Shown here one piece after another: positions 19,502 through 30,310 of a stretch of 64,000 nt of DNA (positions within the stretch are counted from its first letter, which is position 1; the number at the start of each line of letters is the position of its first letter). Under the pieces are notes generated by a model, which searched no databases, was not told the DNA's origin, and saw only the letters and a program-made list of their open reading frames with translations. Position numbers and translations under genes: made by a program. The stretch comes from an uncultured Fibrobacteraceae bacterium (lineage in GTDB: Bacteria; Krumholzibacteriota; Krumholzibacteriia; LZORAL124-64-63), in contig CAYFKR010000017.1 of assembly GCA_964343835.1 (NCBI GenBank), positions 17,985 through 81,984 of the forward strand. Direction: 5' to 3'.

Positions 19502-20524
19502 TCAGTCGACGTCGAAGAGGGTGTTGAGGCGACGTCCTTCGCGGCCCTTCCAGGACCCGCGGTGGTAGGCGTCGCTAGCGAGCAGCGGCAGGGCCAGGGT
19601 GGCCTCCGCGTAGACCATCTTCTCGAACGCCGTGTCCACCTTGCCCCAGGAGCAGGCCTCCTGGAGGGTGGAGCCGCTCAGGGCGCCGTCGCGCTCGTCG
19701 GCCACGGTGATCTGCACGGCGTAGCGGTGCATGGGGGTCTCCTCGCCCAGGATGTCGGTGGCCACCACCACGTCCTGGGTGAAGTTCTTGGGCACGCCGC
19801 CGCCCAGCATCAGGATGCCCGTCTCGCCCACCTCCAGCTTGATGCGCGTGAGCTCCCGGAAGTCGGCCACCGAATCGATGGTCAGATACCGCTCGTTGTT
19901 CCACTGGTGGTGCACCAGGCCGAAACCGGCGGAGCAGTCGCTGAACGCGGGGCAGAAGACGGGCACGTCCTTCAGGTAGGCCGCGTGGACGATGCTCTTG
20001 TCCGCCTTCAGGCCCTTCTCTGCGATCCACGCGCCCATGGCCCGGATGAACTCCCGCGACGACATGGCGCGGGGCTCGAGCGTGGCGGCGATCTCGGCGA
20101 TGGTCATGTCGCAGACGCGCAGCTCGTCCTCGTCGATGTAGGTGTCGTAGATGCGGTCCACGGCCAGCTCGCGCAGGGCGTTGTCGTCCACCTGGGGCGT
20201 ACCCTTCCAGTGGCGATAGCCCAGGGCCTCGAAGAAGTCCTGGTCCACGATGTTGGCGCCGGTCGAGACCACGGCGTCAACCATGTCGTGCTCGATCATG
20301 GTCGCGACGGCGTCCTTCAGCCCAGCGCTGCACAGCGAACCGGCCAGGGTCAGGATCACGGCGCAGTCGCGGTCCGCGAGCATGCGGTCCACGATGTCCG
20401 CCGCATCGGCCAGGTTGCGGGCCTGGAAGGCCATGTCGCGGTAGGCGGCGATGACGGGGCGGGCGTCGAAGGCGGTCACGTCGACGTGGCGGACCACGTC
20501 GGAGAGCAGGTCGGACTTCTTCAT
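19502..20524 (-). CDS. Deoxyhypusine synthase-like protein (possible homospermidine synthase)
   Basis: STGAN, DRIYDT, CPAFSDCSAG, GGGVPKNF, DGALSGST and EACSWGK with the catalytic Lys. Confidence 0.9.
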   Translation of the reverse strand: MKKSDLLSDVVRHVDVTAFDARPVIAAYRDMAFQARNLADAADIVDRMLADRDCAVILTLAGSLCSAGLKDAVATMIEHDMVDAVVSTGANIVDQDFFEALGYRHWKGTPQVDDNALRELAVDRIYDTYIDEDELRVCDMTIAEIAATLEPRAMSSREFIRAMGAWIAEKGLKADKSIVHAAYLKDVPVFCPAFSDCSAGFGLVHHQWNNERYLTIDSVADFRELTRIKLEVGETGILMLGGGVPKNFTQDVVVATDILGEETPMHRYAVQITVADERDGALSGSTLQEACSWGKVDTAFEKMVYAEATLALPLLASDAYHRGSWKGREGRRLNTLFDVD

Positions 20525-20525
20525 G

Positions 20526-21401
20526 TCAGGAACCTCGGGGACGTCGGGCGATGAAGGCCATGGTCTGGTACACCAGCCTGGCGGCCAGGAAATCGGGGGC
20601 GCGGTTCGCGTCGGAGGGCAGCAGCTCCACGACGTCGAAGCCCACCACGTCTGAGAGGACGCAGACCTCGCGGATGAGGTCCACGCACTGGCGGTAGCGC
20701 AGGCCACCCGGTTCGGGGGTGCCGGTGGACGGCATCTCGGAGGGGTCGAGGCAGTCCAGGTCGAAGGTCAGGTACACGGGGCCGTCCACCAGCGAGCGCA
20801 GGCGGCGGGCGGCGGCGGCGGGGTCGAAGTCGTGGGCCCAGATCGTGCGCACCGGATCCAGGCCGGAGCGCTCCGAGGCGTCGATGCTGCGGATCCCCAC
20901 CTGCACCACTTCCGCCACCTCGCGGGCGCGGGCCATGACGCAGGCGTGGTTGCAGGCGGAGCCCTCGTACTCCTCACGGGTGTCGGCGTGGGCGTCGAAC
21001 TGCACGACGGTCAGGTCGGGATGGCGTTCGGCATACGCCCGGATCAGGCCGATGCTCACGGAGTGCTCGCCGCCCAGGCCGGCTACGCAGAAACCTTCGT
21101 CGATCAGCGACAGGGCGGCGTCATGGACGGCCTCGCACATGGCCTCGGGGCTCGCATCCTCGGAGACGGGGGCCATGGTCACGATGCCCTCGCGCCAGGG
21201 CTCCGACGCCGTCTCGATGTCGTAGAGCTCCATGTGGGCCGAGGCGTCCAGGATCGCCTGCGGGCCGCGGTCGGCGCCCTTGAGCCAGGTGGAGGTGCCG
21301 TCGTAGGGGATGGGCAGCACGGCGAACCGCGCGGAGGCGCGGTCGTGCACGGCATCGAGGCCGCCGAAGGCGGCCGGGTCATCGTGGAGGGGCCAGGTCA
21401 T
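20526..21401 (-). CDS. speB: Agmatinase
   Basis: PYDGT, GGEHSVS, DAHAD, DLDCLDP and GTPEPGG ureohydrolase motifs; start at 21401 overlaps the upstream stop. Confidence 0.9.
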   Translation of the reverse strand: MTWPLHDDPAAFGGLDAVHDRASARFAVLPIPYDGTSTWLKGADRGPQAILDASAHMELYDIETASEPWREGIVTMAPVSEDASPEAMCEAVHDAALSLIDEGFCVAGLGGEHSVSIGLIRAYAERHPDLTVVQFDAHADTREEYEGSACNHACVMARAREVAEVVQVGIRSIDASERSGLDPVRTIWAHDFDPAAAARRLRSLVDGPVYLTFDLDCLDPSEMPSTGTPEPGGLRYRQCVDLIREVCVLSDVVGFDVVELLPSDANRAPDFLAARLVYQTMAFIARRPRGS

Positions 21402-21640
21402 CGGTCGTCGTCTTCGTCGTCGTCGAAGTCGTCGTAATCGTCCTCGTCCCCGTAGTCTTCCTCGAGGTCCAGGTCGTCGAAGTCCTCGTCCAGGACTTCG
21501 TAGTCCTCGAAGTCGTCCTCGAAATCGGGACGGCCCTTCGGCCCAGGGGAGTCGGCGCTCTTGTCGAACCGCCGATCCTCGCCGCGACGACGGCGGACGG
21601 GCTTCTCGTCGCCTTCGAACCGCTGATTGGATCGAGTCAT
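21398..21640 (-). CDS. Small 80-aa protein with basic N-half and Asp/Glu-rich C-half
   Basis: GGAG RBS before ATG 21640; stop overlaps the speB start (ATGA); ends DFEDDFEDYEVLDEDFDDLDLEEDYGDEDDYDDFDDDEDDDR. Confidence 0.65.
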   Translation of the reverse strand: MTRSNQRFEGDEKPVRRRRGEDRRFDKSADSPGPKGRPDFEDDFEDYEVLDEDFDDLDLEEDYGDEDDYDDFDDDEDDDR

Positions 21641-21693
21641 GTCCATTCTCCATCCCATGCCCGCAGAGGCGGCCATGCCGCCTGCCGGGCCCA

Positions 21694-22062
21694 TCACAGC
21701 ACGGCCCCCGGGGTCATCATGAACCTGGGGATCTCACGGACCTCGGCGTCGACGATGCCCAGCTCGTTGCGCACCAGCGACCACACCTCGCGGGGGTCGG
21801 TGCTGCCGCACGTGAACACGTCGAAGGCCATCAGGCCCTGGTCGGCGTACGTGTGCACGGAGCAGTGGCTCTCGTCGAGCATCACCACGGCCGTGCAGCC
21901 CGGAGGCGAATCGTCGCCGAACCTGTAGCGGATCTGGGAGACGACCGTCGCGCCTGCGCGCGTCGCCGCGCGGGCCATGGTTTCCATGAGACGCTGGTCG
22001 TCGAGACAGAGAGACCGCGGCACGCCGCGGCAATCGATCAGTAGGTGTTGTCCCTTGTGCAA
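21694..22062 (-). CDS. speD: Pyruvoyl-dependent decarboxylase proenzyme, AdoMetDC/SpeD family
   Basis: GQHLLID, self-cleavage motif LDE/SHCSVHTY, DVFTCG; TTG start. Confidence 0.85.
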   Translation of the reverse strand: MHKGQHLLIDCRGVPRSLCLDDQRLMETMARAATRAGATVVSQIRYRFGDDSPPGCTAVVMLDESHCSVHTYADQGLMAFDVFTCGSTDPREVWSLVRNELGIVDAEVREIPRFMMTPGAVL

Positions 22063-22180
22063 CGCATGTGCCCCCCTGGATGAAGCAGAGTCGAAGCGCC
22101 GCCTTACGCTACTGTTCCGGGGGGTCCAGGGCTTGGGGACGGCAGGAAGGCCGGCGAATCCGTTTCACCGGCAGGAGGAT

Positions 22181-22210
22181 AAGATATCTCCGGAAGTCTG
22201 ATGATGTCAA
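22181..22210 (-). promoter_or_regulatory. sigma70-type promoter of the polyamine operon
   Basis: TTGACA (22210-22205)-N18-TATCTT (22186-22181) with an AT-rich upstream tract. Confidence 0.6.
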
Positions 22211-22301
22211 GATGGCTGAACGTCTATAATCAATTGAAAACATGACAGATACAAAATATTTGCGATGGGGCCGACATGGCCGGCCCCACCGAGCTCAGGA
22301 A

Positions 22302-23504
22302 TCACTCCACGAGCAACGCCTCGATCTCCGTCTTCAGCTGCTCATCCATCCCCGGCGCGAACCCCGAATGCACGTGCCGGATCACGCCCGCCTTGTCGAC
22401 GATCACGGTGTGGGGGATACCCTGCACCCCGTAGGCGGAGCCCACGGCGCCGTCGGCGTCGAGGGCCACGGGCATGGTCCAGCCCTTCTCCGTCAGCAGC
22501 TTGTTGATGGAGCCTTCGTTCTCGCGCTGGTTCACCGCCCAGAACGCCACGCCCCGGTCCGCCATCTCCGACGTCACCTCGATGACGCCCGGCAGGGCCA
22601 TCAGGCAGGGCTTGCACCAGGTGGCCCAGAAGTCCAGCACCACCACGCTGCCCTTCAGGTCCGACAGCTTGGCCTTGCCGCCGTCGAGGGTCGGCAGTTC
22701 GAAGTCGGGCGCCGCCGAACCCACCGACGGGTGCTCCCCGCCGTCCGGCCCGCCGCCCGCCGCCTCGGCGAAGTCCTCGGGTCCGGGAATGGAGTCGCGC
22801 AGCTCGAAGCCCTCGGTGGGCGTGATGTCGAACGCACCGTCCAGGTCGGGATCCGCCACCAGATCGGTGAACAGCAGGTCGGCCCCGGGCTGGATCATCA
22901 TGGTGCCGGGCTCGGCCTCCGTCGCCTCGCTCCGCATGCGCAGGATCCACGGCGTGCCCTCGGCCGCCACCCACACCGACGGTCCCTCGGCCAGGTCCAG
23001 TCGACGACACTTGGTGCCCCCCACATCCTCGGACCCGCCTTCGGTCACCTCGCCCGCGTCCAGCAGCGACCCGACCTGTCCGGCCCGCCGCCCGGGCATC
23101 AACGCCTCCCTGAACCCCGGAATGGGCAACCCGAAGTCACCCTCCCCGAGCAGTTCGTCCACGGAAACGGCGTCGGTCATCACCGTCATCTCCAGGAACC
23201 CGATCTCCACGAACCAGTGCTCCGAGTCCTGCACGAACGGATCCGCGATCATCCCCCCCCGCGGCCGATACGCGACCCTTCCATCCATCGCGACCGTGAT
23301 CCCATACGTCGACGGCGGCATCCCCTCGGCCATGGCCTCCATCCCCGCCGGCATCACCAGCGAGATCTCCATCGTCCCCCCATAGGCCTCCAGCCCCGAG
23401 TAATGCTCCACGGCCCTCTCCAGCAGCCCGCGCCCCGATTCCTCGGCCGCCGCACTACCACCAATGACCATCACCAGCAAAGCAGTCACCAACATCTTCT
23501 TCAT
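22302..23504 (-). CDS. Exported TlpA/ResA-like thiol-disulfide oxidoreductase with N-terminal LolA-like domain
   Basis: Signal peptide MKKMLVTALL; C-terminal APDFEL..VVVLDFWATWCKPC..GIPHTVIVD. Confidence 0.85.
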   Translation of the reverse strand: MKKMLVTALLVMVIGGSAAAEESGRGLLERAVEHYSGLEAYGGTMEISLVMPAGMEAMAEGMPPSTYGITVAMDGRVAYRPRGGMIADPFVQDSEHWFVEIGFLEMTVMTDAVSVDELLGEGDFGLPIPGFREALMPGRRAGQVGSLLDAGEVTEGGSEDVGGTKCRRLDLAEGPSVWVAAEGTPWILRMRSEATEAEPGTMMIQPGADLLFTDLVADPDLDGAFDITPTEGFELRDSIPGPEDFAEAAGGGPDGGEHPSVGSAAPDFELPTLDGGKAKLSDLKGSVVVLDFWATWCKPCLMALPGVIEVTSEMADRGVAFWAVNQRENEGSINKLLTEKGWTMPVALDADGAVGSAYGVQGIPHTVIVDKAGVIRHVHSGFAPGMDEQLKTEIEALLVE

Positions 23505-23612
23505 CGACCCCATCCATCTCATAAAAAGGAGAGCGAAGCGAATCCGACTCAACAACCTACATGTCCCGAAGTTCCTCCACCAGCAGGCAGCCGGGGCGGT
23601 TACCAGGCGGTG

Positions 23613-23694
23613 GTGTTTGGGGGGATGAACGGCCCGCTCAGAAACGATGAGGAGAAGTTTCGTTTCTGAGCGGGCCGTTCATCCCCCCAAACAC
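23613..23694. repeat. Perfect 35-bp inverted repeat with 12-nt spacer
   Basis: GTGTTTGGGGGGATGAACGGCCCGCTCAGAAACGA (23613-23647) and its exact reverse complement (23660-23694). Confidence 0.95.
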
Positions 23695-23700
23695 GAGCAC

Positions 23701-25407
<1,707 letters not shown>

Positions 25408-25679
25408 GGTCGGCTCCTCGTGTGAAAGGGGCGTCCATGGTCCCCCGGAGGGCCGGAGGCGTCAAGCGCGGGGCCGTCGCGACGGGATCGAATGAGGAAT
25501 CATGAGAAACCGAGAGAATCAATTGACAAGTTCTTGCTCATATGAGAATATTTCCCCTTCAGTACGCCGAAAGGCCGTGAATCGGCCCGGCGTGTCCCCG
25601 CCCGATCGACAACAGGACCGGAACGGCCGTCCGTTCCGGCGTGAACGACTTTCTGGACATGCAGCTGGGGGATGTTCGC

Positions 25680-26357
25680 ATGAAGACCATGATGACGATC
25701 CTGATCCTGTCGCTGGCGGCCTCCGTGGCCGTCGCCTCGTGCCCCGAGAACGTGGGCCTCTTCTCCACCCTGAACGGCACCATGAGCGGCGGTCGCGTGA
25801 GCGAATCGTTCGCCGGCGGCGCCGCGGGCATGCCCGGCAACACCGAGAACGCCATGAGCTGGGACGGCGTGACCCTGGGCGGCGAGTGGAAGGTCTGGGG
25901 CATGACGATCAACTCGGCCGGAGCCGTGGAGATCAGCAGCGATCTGGACGTGAACGGCAACGGCTGGGTCGAGTACCGCACCGACTACGACGGCGGCGAG
26001 TTCTGGCTGAGCAAGGACGGCCTCTGGGGTGACGGCTGGAACGACCTGACCGGCGTCGTCCAGAACTACACCGTGACCACCAAGGTCACCATGATGGGCG
26101 GCCAGGCCGTGGGCTCCACGTCCAACATCTACTTCTCCGGCCAGTTCGGCGAGAGCAGCCCCATGAACGGCTGCGTCATCGAGTACGCCATCGCCAACGC
26201 CATGGCCAACGGCTTCACCGACGGCACCAACTACCCCGCCATGCTGGGCGGCGGCGGCGGCGAGTACTTCGACGTGTGCTGCATCAGCACCAGCATCAGC
26301 TGCGTGGTATCCAACGAACTGGAGAGCTTCGGCGAGCTGAAGGCCCGCTTCCGGTAG
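25680..26357 (+). CDS. Secreted hypothetical protein with C-terminal SFGELKARFR tail
   Basis: Signal peptide MKTMMTILILSLAASVAVA; strong C-ending codon bias; followed by a terminator; TTGACA at 25523. Confidence 0.8.
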   Translation: MKTMMTILILSLAASVAVASCPENVGLFSTLNGTMSGGRVSESFAGGAAGMPGNTENAMSWDGVTLGGEWKVWGMTINSAGAVEISSDLDVNGNGWVEYRTDYDGGEFWLSKDGLWGDGWNDLTGVVQNYTVTTKVTMMGGQAVGSTSNIYFSGQFGESSPMNGCVIEYAIANAMANGFTDGTNYPAMLGGGGGEYFDVCCISTSISCVVSNELESFGELKARFR

Positions 26358-26392
26358 ATCCGGATCCCAGGCATCCCCCGCCGTGATCCGAC

Positions 26393-26424
26393 GGGGCCGG
26401 TCCTCCCGCGACCGGCCCCTTTTT
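26393..26424 (+). terminator. Intrinsic terminator
   Basis: GGGGCCGGTC-7nt-GACCGGCCCC followed by TTTTT. Confidence 0.85.
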
Positions 26425-26436
26425 CATGCCCGGCCG

Positions 26437-26463
26437 TGCAACCCCCCGGCAGCGACGCGCGTA
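26437..26463 (+). promoter_or_regulatory. Putative ECF-type promoter
   Basis: TGCAAC-N17-CGTA upstream of the DUF4097 gene. Confidence 0.5.
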
Positions 26464-26526
26464 TCCCTTCCGCCTGAGGCGCCGCGCCCCCGAACGCAGC
26501 GTCCCCAACCTGCCGGGAGGATTCCG

Positions 26527-27621
26527 ATGTTCCGATTCGACCGTACCGCGCCGCTGCTGACGGCGCTGGCCGTCCTTTGCTTCGCCGCCTTCGTCTCCGC
26601 CGAGGAATTCGGTGAGACCGTCCGACTCGACGGCGACGAGGTGGAGATCGTCAACCTGATCGGCCACGTGGACGTGGTCCGCGGCGGCGACGAGTTCGTG
26701 GTGGAGATCGAGGTCAAGGGCGACGACGCCCGCCGTGACGACTTCGAGTTCGTCACCGAGCGCGTGGACGGCGCCACCCGCCTGACCGTCGTCTTCCCCG
26801 TGGACGACGAGCGCACCTACATCTACCCGCCCATGGGCCGCGGCAAGTCCCAGTTCACCTTCCGCGACGACGGCAACGACGGCTCCGTCTGGGAGCGCAT
26901 CGCCGGCGCCCTGGGCGGCCGCAAGATCACCGTCAAGGGCAAGGGCCGCGGCTACGAGGGCTGGGCCGACCTCACGGTCAGGATCCCCGACGGCTCCGAC
27001 GCCGTGGTCAAGCTGGGCTGCGGCGACATCCGTGCCGAGGACGTGTCCGCCGACGTGACCCTGGACACCAGCAGCGGCCCCATCTCCGCCGAGCGCATGC
27101 GCGGCGTCCTGGTCTGCGACACCGGCAGCGGCCATGTGGACGTCGCCGACTGCGAGGGCGAGATCACCGTGGACACCGGCAGCGGTCACGTGACCGGCCG
27201 CAAGCTCTCCGGCGGCAAGGTGCTGGTGGATACGGGCAGCGGCCACGTGGAACTCACCGAGGTGGACTGCCGCAAGCTCGACGTGGACACCGGCAGTGGC
27301 CGCGTGGAGGCCGTGAAGGTGAGCTGCGACGCCGCCCGCATCGACACCGGCAGCGGCAGCGTGCACCTGCAGCTTGACCGCATGGGCTCCGGTCGTTTCC
27401 TTCTGGATACGGGCAGCGGCGGCGTGACCCTGATCCTGCCCCGCGACGCTTCCTGCCGCGTCTCCTGCGACACCGGCAGCGGCGGCATCGACGTGGACGT
27501 CCCCGGCGTGGACGTCGACAGGCCCGAACGCGACGAGGCCTCCTTCACCGTCGGCGGCGGCGACGCCCGGGTGATCCTCGACACGGGGAGCGGAGGCATC
27601 AGGGTGAAGACCGCGTCCTGA
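26527..27621 (+). CDS. DUF4097-family beta-strand repeat protein (secreted)
   Basis: GGGAGG RBS; signal peptide; one DTSSG and eight DTGSG repeats. Confidence 0.85.
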   Translation: MFRFDRTAPLLTALAVLCFAAFVSAEEFGETVRLDGDEVEIVNLIGHVDVVRGGDEFVVEIEVKGDDARRDDFEFVTERVDGATRLTVVFPVDDERTYIYPPMGRGKSQFTFRDDGNDGSVWERIAGALGGRKITVKGKGRGYEGWADLTVRIPDGSDAVVKLGCGDIRAEDVSADVTLDTSSGPISAERMRGVLVCDTGSGHVDVADCEGEITVDTGSGHVTGRKLSGGKVLVDTGSGHVELTEVDCRKLDVDTGSGRVEAVKVSCDAARIDTGSGSVHLQLDRMGSGRFLLDTGSGGVTLILPRDASCRVSCDTGSGGIDVDVPGVDVDRPERDEASFTVGGGDARVILDTGSGGIRVKTAS

Positions 27622-27647
27622 TCCTTTCGGATCTCCTGGGACGCAAA

Positions 27648-27678
27648 GAGGCCCCGGCTGGGCGAGAGCCGGGGCCTC
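27648..27678. terminator. Hairpin between convergent genes
   Basis: GAGGCCCCGGCT-loop-AGCCGGGGCCTC. Confidence 0.7.
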
Positions 27679-27700
27679 GTCATATCCGGACACGCTGCGG

Positions 27701-28416
27701 CTAGTCGATCACCGCCGTGTTCGCGAAGAATCCGCTCCAGGCGAACCAGTACGCCGTCCTCACCGGCAGTTCTTCACCCGTGTCGTTCCGTACGGCGCGC
27801 ACGCCGCCGTCCGGGTCGAGCCGGAGCGTCACGGCCACGCCGCCCAGTTCCCCCTCGACCGGCCGGCCTGCATCCATCCGCTCGTCCGTGACCGCCAGGG
27901 CGTGGGGGCCTACCGTCACTCCGTGGACCAGGGTCTTGCCGGGTAGCCGCTCCATGAGCCACTGAGCCCGGAAGAGTCCCGTGCGCTCGGGGTCGTCGTA
28001 GTAGGACTGGTACCGCGAAGAGGTGATGGCCTCGCTCTTGGCCAGCACCCGCGTGTCCGGGTGATCGTCGCGCCACTCGGCCCAGGTTGTCTGCACCGAC
28101 GGCACCACCTCGAGGACCGTGCCCGCGTGTTCTCCCTCCAGGCACTTGCCGGTGACGTGACTCCACAGCGAGCCGGTCTCTTCGTCCATCATGATCATGG
28201 AGTTCCGCCAGAGCTTGCCGCTGACGATGAGGGTCAGGTCCGTGTCGGCGACCGTGCGGGCGTAGACCACGCCCGTGTGGCAGGGATGCCGTCGGGCGGG
28301 AGCAGGGTGTACATGGGGTCGCCGTCGAACTCTCCGCGAATCTCGGGCTCGGGTCGCTCGGCGCCAGCGGTGACGGCCGTCAGCAAGATGGCGATCGTGA
28401 TCAGCAGGATTCTCAT
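27701..28416 (-). pseudogene. DUF3179-family (seleno)protein gene with internal deletion and frameshift
   Basis: One frame gives signal peptide MRILLITIAILL..MYTLLPPDGIPA. A second frame continues CHTGVVYART..SGKLWRNSMIMMDEETGSLWSHVTG..YWFAWSGF. Junction near 28280. Confidence 0.75.
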
Positions 28417-28549
28417 TCGTGGCTCCCGTCGTCCGGCCCGCAGCGGACCATGATGGTCCTCTCCACTTCCAAGACCAATGAACGATACGCACAACAGGAA
28501 TATCGGCAACGGAGTGACCGGCTGACTGAACAGAGGGTTCGTCAGTCGC

Positions 28550-30157
28550 CTATCCCGGATCGACCACCGACAGCACCTGATCCAGCACCGCCGCCATCTT
28601 CGCCCGGTCGTAGGGCTTGGCGAAGCACGCGTCGAAGCCGTGGCTGCGGCAGTCGGCCATCACCGGGCTGTCGGAGTAGCCGCTGGAGGCGATCAGCCTG
28701 GGGCAGTCCGACTCTTCGCGCAGCAGGGTGGCGGTGGCGGCGCCGTCCAGGCCGTCGGGCACCGTCAGGTCCAGGATCACGGCGTCGAAGGGGCGACCCG
28801 CGGCGGCGGCTTCCCGGACCGTCTTCACGGCGCACTCGCCCGACTCGCACGATTCCACCTCGAAGCCCAGCGACTCGACCATGCGCGTGCAGAGCGTGCG
28901 CACGAGCTCCTGGTCGTCCATCACCAGGATCCTGCCCGAGCGTGTGATGTCCGGAATCCCCGTTATTTCGGGCACCGATGCCTCGGGGCGTCCCTCGCAG
29001 GCGGGCAGCCACACGTCGAACGACGTGCCCTCGCCCAGCTGCGTGCGCACGTCGAGCCAGCCGCCGTGGCGCGCCACGATGGAGTGGCTGATGGAGAGGC
29101 CCAGGCCGGTGCCGTCGGTCTTGGACGTGAAGAACGGGTCGAAGATGTCGCCGAGGATCTCGGCCGGAATGCCCGGGCCGCGGTCCGACACCGTGATCAC
29201 CACGTACTCGCCCGGCGGCAGGTGTCCGGCGCCGTGATCCTCCGGACGTTCGGCGTGGCAGCGCACCTCGATGCGGCCGCTTCCCGCCAGCGCCTCCTGG
29301 GCGTTGATCACCAGGTTCTGCACCACCTGGGAGATCTGGCCGGCGTCCACGTCGGCGCAGGGAAGGGCGTCGTCGACGGTCACGTCGCAGGCCACCTCGG
29401 ACCCCGACGACGTGAAGCGGCAGGTCTCGTTCACCATGGCTCCCACATCGGTGACGCGGCGCACGGGCTCGCCGCCCTTGGCGAAGGTCAGCAGCTGGGC
29501 CGCGAGGTCGCGGGCGCGCAGGGCCGCGGTCTTGGCGTCGGCGAGCAGGGAGGGGGACTCGTCGCAGTCGGTCGTGCAGCCCAGGACCAGGTCGATGTTC
29601 CCCAGGATGCCCACCAGGATGTTGTTGAAGTCGTGGGCGATGCCGCCGGCCAGGCCGCCGAGGGACTCCAGCTTGTCGATGCGGCGCAGGGCGGTCTCGG
29701 CGCGACGCTGCTCGGTGATGTCGTGGACCGTGCCGAGGGAGCGCAGCGGCGTGCCCTCGTCGTCGTACTCGGTCTCGCAGCGCTCGTGCACGTGCTTGAT
29801 CGTGCCGTCGGGCAACAGCAGGCGGTGCACGATGTCGTAGGGCGTCCGGTTCTCCACGGATGTGGAGTAGGCCGTGTTGACCATATCGCGGTCGTCGGGA
29901 TGGATGGTCTCGAGGAAGGCCTCGTAGGAGGCGCCGAACCGCTCGGGGTCGATGCCGAAGATGCGGAAGATTTCGTCGGACCAGTAGAGGTCGCCGGTGC
30001 GGATGTCCAGGGACCAGTGGCCGAGCTTGGCGAGGGCTTCGGCCTGCTTCAGCGTCCGCTGGCTGCGGGCCAGGCACTCCTCGATGTCGCGGAGGTGTTC
30101 GAGCTCCCCTTCGAGGTCCCTGATCCGGGCTTCGAGCTGGTTGCGGTCCCCTGTCAT
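28550..30157 (-). CDS. PAS-domain hybrid sensor histidine kinase with receiver domain
   Basis: PAS (WSDEIFRIFG..IHPDD), H-box AHDFNN, QNLVINA, GTGLGL, receiver ILVMDD..LDLTVP..KP. Confidence 0.92.
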   Translation of the reverse strand: MTGDRNQLEARIRDLEGELEHLRDIEECLARSQRTLKQAEALAKLGHWSLDIRTGDLYWSDEIFRIFGIDPERFGASYEAFLETIHPDDRDMVNTAYSTSVENRTPYDIVHRLLLPDGTIKHVHERCETEYDDEGTPLRSLGTVHDITEQRRAETALRRIDKLESLGGLAGGIAHDFNNILVGILGNIDLVLGCTTDCDESPSLLADAKTAALRARDLAAQLLTFAKGGEPVRRVTDVGAMVNETCRFTSSGSEVACDVTVDDALPCADVDAGQISQVVQNLVINAQEALAGSGRIEVRCHAERPEDHGAGHLPPGEYVVITVSDRGPGIPAEILGDIFDPFFTSKTDGTGLGLSISHSIVARHGGWLDVRTQLGEGTSFDVWLPACEGRPEASVPEITGIPDITRSGRILVMDDQELVRTLCTRMVESLGFEVESCESGECAVKTVREAAAAGRPFDAVILDLTVPDGLDGAATATLLREESDCPRLIASSGYSDSPVMADCRSHGFDACFAKPYDRAKMAAVLDQVLSVVDPG

Positions 30158-30310
30158 GGCATCCTCCCGGTCCCCTGGACCGTCGAATGTCTCCCCCCGA
30201 ACCATGGTATCGTCAGATTCGGCCGGGACTCCAGCACATTCATGCCGTTCCACCCTCCGGCCGGGCGTGATAGGATGCCATCGTCCCGAGACGGAGGTTC
30301 CGCCAACCCC

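Noticed and set aside
21400..21525. TCG/GAC-rich low-complexity tract as a microsatellite
   Set aside because: Imperfect, and explained by Asp/Glu codons of the acidic protein.
22063..22190. SAM-I or spermidine riboswitch upstream of speD
   Set aside because: Apart from CUUAUC at the -10 region, the conserved AGA, GCAACC and GUGC elements are not recognisable; kept only as an unnamed structured leader.
27064..27600. Regularly spaced GACACCGGCAGCGG repeats resembling a CRISPR array
   Set aside because: In-frame DTGSG protein repeats with synonymous variation; no cas genes.
28234..28300. Programmed frameshift in the DUF3179 gene
   Set aside because: No slippery heptamer, and a conserved internal segment appears to be missing, which fits a deletion better.
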